From NCBI GenBank assembly GCA_046483305.1, contig JAWODM010000079.1, forward strand, positions 1 to 44,534: a stretch of DNA of 44,534 nucleotides. The letters are read 5' to 3'. The notes under the pieces were generated by a model. The model saw only the letters and a program-made list of their open reading frames with translations, was not told where the DNA came from and ran no database searches. Shown here piece after piece: positions 38,847 through 44,534 of this stretch (position 1 is the first letter of the stretch; every line of letters begins with the position of its first letter). The DNA comes from Candidatus Krumholzibacteriales bacterium (GTDB taxonomy: Bacteria; Krumholzibacteriota; Krumholzibacteriia; Krumholzibacteriales; WJIX01). The position numbers and the translations under genes were made by a program.

Positions 38847-39641
38847 ATGAAGAAATTCCACATTGGCATATTCATTCTGGCGGCGGTACTTTCCAACCTG
38901 AGTTGCGAAAGAAATGGAGGGAGTGAAGGCATGAAGATAATATTCCTGCACCACAGCACCGGCAGGATCATATGGGAAGCCGGTGTGGAGGACTGTTTGA
39001 AGCAGTACAGCCGGAACGGGGGAATAAAGTGCAGCATCAGAGAGAAGGAATTTCCCAGAGAGAAACCGTACGGATGGAAGAATTATCCCTACGACTACTG
39101 GAATATATGGGTCAATAACGGGGGTGGCGGAAAGTATATGAAGGAGCCGACCCTGGAATATCTGGCCGGCAGGTACGATATAATTGTATTCAAACACTGT
39201 TATCCGGTCAGCGCTCTGAAACCCTGCCCGGGAGAGCCTTCAGTTGATTCGGAATTCAAATGTCCTGAGAATTATAAACTGCAATACCGGGCTCTGAAGG
39301 AGAAGATGCATTCGTTCCCTGACTGCCGGTTCCTGGTCTGGACCGGGGCGGCGCTGGTGAAGGGCGCCACCGATGAGCAGAGCGCGAAAAGAGCCCGCAG
39401 TTTCTTTGAATGGGTCAGGGATGAGTGGGACCAGGAGGGCGATAATATATATATCTGGGATTTCTATGAGCTTGAGACGGAGGGTGGGCTCTATCTCAGG
39501 GATGAATACGCCAGGTCGCTTACCAATTCGCACCCTTCGGAAAGTTTTGCTCGGAAAGCAGCCCCGCTGTTCTGCAACCGGCTGATAGATGTAATGGAGG
39601 GCCGAGCGGACAGCACCGGCGTTAACGGTAAGAGGCAATAA
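38847..39641 (+). CDS. Hypothetical lipoprotein, possible SGNH-like hydrolase fold
   Basis: MKKF...NLSC lipobox, IIFLHHSTG near the mature N terminus and NSHP near the C terminus. Confidence 0.65.
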   Translation: MKKFHIGIFILAAVLSNLSCERNGGSEGMKIIFLHHSTGRIIWEAGVEDCLKQYSRNGGIKCSIREKEFPREKPYGWKNYPYDYWNIWVNNGGGGKYMKEPTLEYLAGRYDIIVFKHCYPVSALKPCPGEPSVDSEFKCPENYKLQYRALKEKMHSFPDCRFLVWTGAALVKGATDEQSAKRARSFFEWVRDEWDQEGDNIYIWDFYELETEGGLYLRDEYARSLTNSHPSESFARKAAPLFCNRLIDVMEGRADSTGVNGKRQ

Positions 39642-39656
39642 CCCCGGGGAGAGATT

Positions 39657-40544
39657 ATGGACAGAAAAATCGATTCTATTTACAGGTCCATGGAAGAGGC
39701 GGGAATCGGAGAGGACAGTCCCGACAGAATCAAATTAATGGAGCTCTTTTCCATCAGGGACAACTGTCCTGAATGTTTAACGATCATCCCGGGCAAACTT
39801 GATATGAAAACGATTGCCAGAAAGAGAAAACAGGGAATCCCCCTGGAATATCTTCTGGGCGCAGCCGGATTTATGGGGCGCCTTTTTTACTGCACTCCGG
39901 ATACCCTGATCCCCAGAGCTGATACTTCGCTCCTGGTCAGGACAACGGTTTCTGCGGCCAGCCGCCTGCGGGAGAACGGGGCGGGGGATCTGGAGATTAT
40001 TGAGATTGGAACAGGATGCGGCAATATAGCGGTGATGGTGGCATCCCTTTCCCGGGATACGGTTATTTATGCTTCGGATATCAGTGGAGAGGCCCTGAGG
40101 GTGGCCCGGAAGAATATCGAAGCTTATAATCTCCAGGAGAGGATTATTCTGGAGTGTGGAGATATGTTCGAGCCCTTCAGGGACCGATCTCCGGTTGACG
40201 TGGTTATCTGCAATCCTCCCTATATACCTTCCGGGTCTCTGCAGAATCTGGATAGCGAGATCATAGATCATGAACCGGTACTGGCGCTGGACGCCGGAAC
40301 CTACGGCATCGATATTTTCATGAGGCTGATAAGGGATTCCGTGGATTTTCTGAAGCCGGGAGGAATCCTTGCTTTCGAATTCGGGGAGCGGCAGGAAAAT
40401 ATAATAGAGAGGCTGCTCAAACGCAGCGGGGATTACCATCAGGTCGCCTTCCACAATTATGACGGTGTTCCCAGGGTGGCGAGCGCAATCAGGAAAGAGC
40501 GCCCGCAGGCTGGACCCCGGCCGGATAGCTCGGCGGGAAAATAA
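39657..40544 (+). CDS. prmC: HemK/PrmC-family N5-glutamine methyltransferase
   Basis: PLEYLLG, LIPRADT, EIGTGCG, NPPY and HEP..ALD motifs. Confidence 0.8.
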   Translation: MDRKIDSIYRSMEEAGIGEDSPDRIKLMELFSIRDNCPECLTIIPGKLDMKTIARKRKQGIPLEYLLGAAGFMGRLFYCTPDTLIPRADTSLLVRTTVSAASRLRENGAGDLEIIEIGTGCGNIAVMVASLSRDTVIYASDISGEALRVARKNIEAYNLQERIILECGDMFEPFRDRSPVDVVICNPPYIPSGSLQNLDSEIIDHEPVLALDAGTYGIDIFMRLIRDSVDFLKPGGILAFEFGERQENIIERLLKRSGDYHQVAFHNYDGVPRVASAIRKERPQAGPRPDSSAGK

Positions 40545-40554
40545 AGGGGCGGCA

Positions 40555-40986
40555 ATGCTGTCGAGAGATGAGATGGAAATAGCTGTAAGAGAATGGATGG
40601 AAGCCTGGAACAGGCATGACCTGGAAAAGGTCATGGAGCTTTTCCACGAAGACGTGATATTCGAAAACTGGAGCGGGGGCAGGATAAGGGGTAAGCGTAA
40701 TCTTTATAAGGCATGGAAGCCCTGGTTCAGGGACAACGGAGGATTCAGATTCGAGACTACAGGCACCCTCCTGGACCCCCAATCCCAGCAGGCTTTGCTG
40801 AGATGGCGCCTTTACTGGCCTTCCCGGCTGGAAGGCTACCGGGGAAGGACAGAACTGAGGGAAGGGCTGGACGTGATGCACTTCCGGGGGGGGCTGATAG
40901 ACCTAAAGCTTACCTATACCAGGACTTCGGTGGAGATTGATGGCAGGAAGATAAAACTCTCTCCGGAAACTCCTGAATCTGAGTGA
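40555..40986 (+). CDS. NTF2-like/SnoaL-like protein
   Basis: WMEAWNRHDLEKVMELFHEDVIFE and EGLDVMHFRGGLI. Start at ATG 40555. Confidence 0.85.
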   Translation: MLSRDEMEIAVREWMEAWNRHDLEKVMELFHEDVIFENWSGGRIRGKRNLYKAWKPWFRDNGGFRFETTGTLLDPQSQQALLRWRLYWPSRLEGYRGRTELREGLDVMHFRGGLIDLKLTYTRTSVEIDGRKIKLSPETPESE

Positions 40987-41134
40987 TTCGCCACCCTTCA
41001 AAAGCTGCTCCGGCGTTAAGAATGACTTTGTCCGGGCAGGCGATTTCGATGTTGAAAACTGCCCGGGTGTGTGGTTAAATACGGCAGCTGTATTTAATAT
41101 GTTCATAGAAGCTGGATGAAAAAAGGAGTTTATT

Positions 41135-41836
41135 ATGGAAGTTCCATATTCTGAATCTGCCAGGATAGTAATGCCCCCCGGGGCCGGCAAGTGCTACAGC
41201 GAGGGCTGGGGCGTTATCAAGAGATATTTCATCGAGCTTTTTCTGGTTACTCTTCTGGTGGGGTTATTCTGGAGCGTCGGGGTTGCGATAGAGGCCATTT
41301 CGGACAGCGATTTCTACCTCAGCCCCATTTACGGGCTTTTCTACCTCGGTTACCTCGTTCTGATAATGGGCCCCGTGGAATACGGAAAGGTCAACCCCTA
41401 TCTGAAAGCGGTCAGGAGCCAGGAAGCAAAGGTAAAGGATATCTTTGTATTTCAGGAAATTTATCTCAACGCGGTCCTCGCTTCCGCCCTTACTTACGTG
41501 ATTATCGGGATAGGTTTTTTATTCTTCATAATCCCGGGGATCATCCTCGCCTGCAAGCTCGCTTTTGTGCCGTATCTGGTGGTTGACAGAAGAATGGATG
41601 CCGTGGAGGCAATAAAGAAGAGCTGGAAGATGACCGCCGGTTACGCCGGAACTGTTTTCCTGATCGGGCTGCTGGCCATACCGGTATTTATTCTTGGGAT
41701 TCTGGTTTTTTTCGTGGGGGTCCTGGTAGCGTCAATGTGGGTGAACAGCGCGCTGGCTTATCTCTATAACGAAGCATCCAGAAAAGAGAAGATGAAGCCC
41801 GCCGGTCAAGCTCCTCCGGGACCGGTTCCGGAATAA
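41135..41836 (+). CDS. Integral membrane protein (DUF975-like)
   Basis: AAGGAG SD, several TM segments, FIIPGII and AIKKSWKMT motifs. Confidence 0.75.
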   Translation: MEVPYSESARIVMPPGAGKCYSEGWGVIKRYFIELFLVTLLVGLFWSVGVAIEAISDSDFYLSPIYGLFYLGYLVLIMGPVEYGKVNPYLKAVRSQEAKVKDIFVFQEIYLNAVLASALTYVIIGIGFLFFIIPGIILACKLAFVPYLVVDRRMDAVEAIKKSWKMTAGYAGTVFLIGLLAIPVFILGILVFFVGVLVASMWVNSALAYLYNEASRKEKMKPAGQAPPGPVPE

Positions 41837-41954
41837 AGCGGGGATGATTCCGCCTGCCGGAATCGATCCGGGCGGCGCGGTAATGGATACCGATTCAGCA
41901 TGAAAAAATCGGCAGATGGACCGGAGATGCTTAACGGCGTTCTTGGACCGAAGC

Positions 41955-42539
41955 TCAGAACCATCCCAGGCGGTCAAGTTCCTCTATTCTTTCTCTGAGG
42001 TCATAATGGAGTTCTTCCAGTTCCTCCGCCTCTTTCTCTATCTTACCGGCGCGCTTCTCCAGCTTTTCCGCTTCTTCCTCTATTTCGCCCTCCATGTCGT
42101 CGAGTTCGTCTTCCATCTTATCCAGATCGCCATCTCCGGCTATCGCGGCCAGTGCCCTGCTCAGGGCTTTGACCGCGATCTTTGCTCCGGCGGCTCCGAC
42201 CCGGGCTCCCTCCCGGCCGATCTCTATGGCCTCATCCATAACTCCGTCGAACTTCCGGTAGTAGGCGCAGACAAGCTGACGCCCGGACATCTTGAGCTCC
42301 ACCCGGCCGCCATTTATATAAAGCTGGCAATCTGCGGTAATCTCCACTGTCTCATCCCGGTCATTCTCAGTAAAGACGATGGCGTCGTCTTCGAAATGAA
42401 TATCCACGTCGCCGTCTCTGGTCAGGTCATTCCCTTCTATTTCATCACAGGTGATATCGTCGAAAAGCCCGGCGTCAGCGGCACCCGCGGGGGTGATAAG
42501 CAGCACGGCCGCAACCAGGTTTATCATGAGAAATTTCAC
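41955..42539 (-). CDS. Secreted protein, YggN/DUF2884-like
   Basis: GTG 42539 with AAGGAGG SD, signal peptide, QLYING..V.L beta region and a long acidic coiled coil. Confidence 0.6.
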   Translation of the reverse strand: MKFLMINLVAAVLLITPAGAADAGLFDDITCDEIEGNDLTRDGDVDIHFEDDAIVFTENDRDETVEITADCQLYINGGRVELKMSGRQLVCAYYRKFDGVMDEAIEIGREGARVGAAGAKIAVKALSRALAAIAGDGDLDKMEDELDDMEGEIEEEAEKLEKRAGKIEKEAEELEELHYDLRERIEELDRLGWF

Positions 42540-42665
42540 TTTGCCCTCCTTCTGCGGATTGATCCTGAAAACTTCTGTCATATTTTAATACGCAGAAGGG
42601 CGGCTAATGGTTGCGGCCGGATAGGAATTTGCCGGGATCCGGTTTGATTTTTTCCGTGGCGGCCC

Positions 42666-44195
42666 CTAATTCAGGCCATCGTAATCACTGATGAACTGCC
42701 TCAATTCCGAACTCAGCCTTTCCAGTGAACTGTGGTGTATATACATCATATGCCCCGCCCTGAAGTGGCTGATTTTTATATTGTCTCTGAGCCCGCCCTC
42801 CAGGCCCATGTGATCGACGGTGTATTCGGCTGCCAGGTAAGGGGTAGCCAGGTCATAGTAACCGCAGGCGATATAGACGCCCAGGGAATGGTTTCTGTTC
42901 ATCGCCGACCTGAGAGACTCGGCCACATCTACATACCTGTTCCTGTATCTTCCGAAATCCCAGGGATGAACCCTTCCGGTCAGTATTTCATAGGGGAGGT
43001 CGCAATCAAAACCGAGTTCCCTTCTCACGTAATCCTTCATGGCGGCGGAGAAGGGGCCGTATATATTTGAATAACTGGGATCATATTCAGGTTTCTCGCC
43101 GGCGGCGTCTATATCTCTCCCGGTGAACCGGCTGTCCAGCCTTCCCACCGTAAGGCGGCGCCCGCGAAGCAGCTCCTTGGTGAAACGCCTGATATTTATC
43201 CTCAGGTCTGTCTGTATGATGTAACTGGAAGTCAATCCGGTAAGTTCGCTCAACCGTTCTGCCGCATCCCGGTATCTTTCGCTGTTGACCCGGCCGCCCA
43301 GCATCAGGACGTTGTTATATTCATTGAGGGCAAACTCTTCAGCATCTGAGAGAGCCCTGTTGAGGTCGTCCCGGTACTGATCCCCCAGCATTCCGTGGTA
43401 CCAGGCGGTGGCGGTGTAGCTCGGGAGAAAAAGGGCGTAGGGGAGGTCGTTGCCGGGAGCAAAATCTGTTGTCTGAAAGTTGAGCACGGAGGAGATGAGC
43501 ATTATTCCATTGAAGAAGATTCCTCTTCTTTCCTGCAGATGCTCCGACAGCCCGGCCGCCCTGGTGGTCCCGTAGCTTTCTCCTATAAGAAACTTGGGAG
43601 AGCTCCATCTGCCAGTCCTGGAGAGGTAAAGTCTTATGAATTCGCCGACCCATTTTATATCCTGATCCACACCATGAAACTGCTCAGGTTCTTCTCCGGG
43701 CGCGGCTCTGCTGAAACCGGTGGTTACCGGGTCAATAAATACCAGATCAGTTACATCCAGCAGCGAATAACTGTTTCCGGTCAGTTCATAAGGCGGGGGG
43801 GTAGCCGTTCCGTTTTCTTCAAGAAGAACCCGCCGGGGTCCCAGCAGGCCCAGGTGAAGCCACACAGACGAAGAGCCCGGCCCCCCGTTGAACGAAAAGG
43901 TCACCGGCCGGCTGCCGGGATCTTCGGCATCTTTTCTCCGGTACGATATATAGAAAACCGAAGCTTTCTGATCCTTCTTTTCATCGGTGAGAATAAATGT
44001 CCCCGCCGCCGCGGCATACTCTATCTTCTGGCCCGATATTTTCACACTGTGTTCGGTTCTGGAGGTTCTTTCCCTGAGAGGAGGAAGCTGCTGCTGTTTC
44101 GAAGATTGTTCCCGGTCCCTTTCCTCCGCCGGGCAGGCTGAGGTCAGGGCAGTTAATACGAGAAGCGTTCCCGTCAGCCTCGCCATTTTATTCAT
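42666..44195 (-). CDS. Serine carboxypeptidase, peptidase family S10
   Basis: FNGGPGSSS, FIDPVTTGFS, GESYG nucleophile, GYYDLATP and AGHMMY, with a signal peptide. Confidence 0.93.
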   Translation of the reverse strand: MNKMARLTGTLLVLTALTSACPAEERDREQSSKQQQLPPLRERTSRTEHSVKISGQKIEYAAAAGTFILTDEKKDQKASVFYISYRRKDAEDPGSRPVTFSFNGGPGSSSVWLHLGLLGPRRVLLEENGTATPPPYELTGNSYSLLDVTDLVFIDPVTTGFSRAAPGEEPEQFHGVDQDIKWVGEFIRLYLSRTGRWSSPKFLIGESYGTTRAAGLSEHLQERRGIFFNGIMLISSVLNFQTTDFAPGNDLPYALFLPSYTATAWYHGMLGDQYRDDLNRALSDAEEFALNEYNNVLMLGGRVNSERYRDAAERLSELTGLTSSYIIQTDLRINIRRFTKELLRGRRLTVGRLDSRFTGRDIDAAGEKPEYDPSYSNIYGPFSAAMKDYVRRELGFDCDLPYEILTGRVHPWDFGRYRNRYVDVAESLRSAMNRNHSLGVYIACGYYDLATPYLAAEYTVDHMGLEGGLRDNIKISHFRAGHMMYIHHSSLERLSSELRQFISDYDGLN

Positions 44196-44263
44196 TGCCG
44201 CCTCCGTTCGCTTAAGGTTCTGGTATGAATTCCCGCCGGTCCGCTTCGGAGCGGATCAGCCAG

Positions 44264-44292
44264 AGTTTATCCTATATTATGGCCCCTGTCAA
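44264..44292 (-). promoter_or_regulatory. Putative sigma70 promoter of the S10 peptidase
   Basis: Minus strand TTGACA (44292-87), 17 bp, TAAACT (44269-64). Confidence 0.55.
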
Positions 44293-44360
44293 ACCGCAGC
44301 CGTTTTGGAGTTTCCCCAATTTTTATAATCTGTCAGGTAGTTGAATTATTCGTTTGGTTT

Positions 44361-44510
44361 GCGGCTGAGTGATTAATTCAAAATCGTTGTCGGTTTCCCC
44401 GGCGAGGAAACCGCAACTCCCGCCTCGCACATCGCTCTTTCTGCCCCTGACGGGGCAGAAAACCATGCCCGCTCGCCCTCCGGAGGGTTTTGAATTAATC
44501 ACTCAGCCGC
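44361..44510. mobile_element. 150-bp MITE-like element with perfect 23-bp terminal inverted repeats
   Basis: GCGGCTGAGTGATTAATTCAAAA (44361-83) and its exact reverse complement (44488-510), three internal hairpins, and no plausible gene. Confidence 0.75.
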
Positions 44511-44534
44511 TTCTATCAATGCTTAAGGCCGATT

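Overview
Bacterial chromosomal window, probably from an anaerobe (hcp, feoAB, Fe-S proteins); taxonomy cannot be fixed from the sequence alone. The left ~14 kb looks accessory. It holds a pair of half-size DUF318-type permeases, a TolC-MFP-RND efflux operon, pncB-pncA (NAD salvage) behind a long structured leader, an orphan ~360-aa gene, arsR-acr3 and a sigma54-preceded V4R-type gene. The remainder holds an RRM RNA-binding protein, dtxR/mntR-feoA-feoB, a secreted TPR-DUF2271 protein with a flavinylation motif, a NikMN/CbiM-Q-O ECF transporter, Smr, a PrsA-like PPIase, glgP, gdhA, padR plus a FabX-like flavo-Fe-S enzyme, and rrf2-ferredoxin-hcp. After these come a four-gene SPFH plus zinc-ribbon operon with a near-consensus sigma54 promoter (best candidate for an undescribed system), a prmC-like methyltransferase cluster, an S10 carboxypeptidase and a 150-bp MITE-like element with perfect 23-bp terminal inverted repeats. 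No rRNA, tRNA, CRISPR array or transposase was recognised. All family assignments come from motif recognition by eye, not from database searches.
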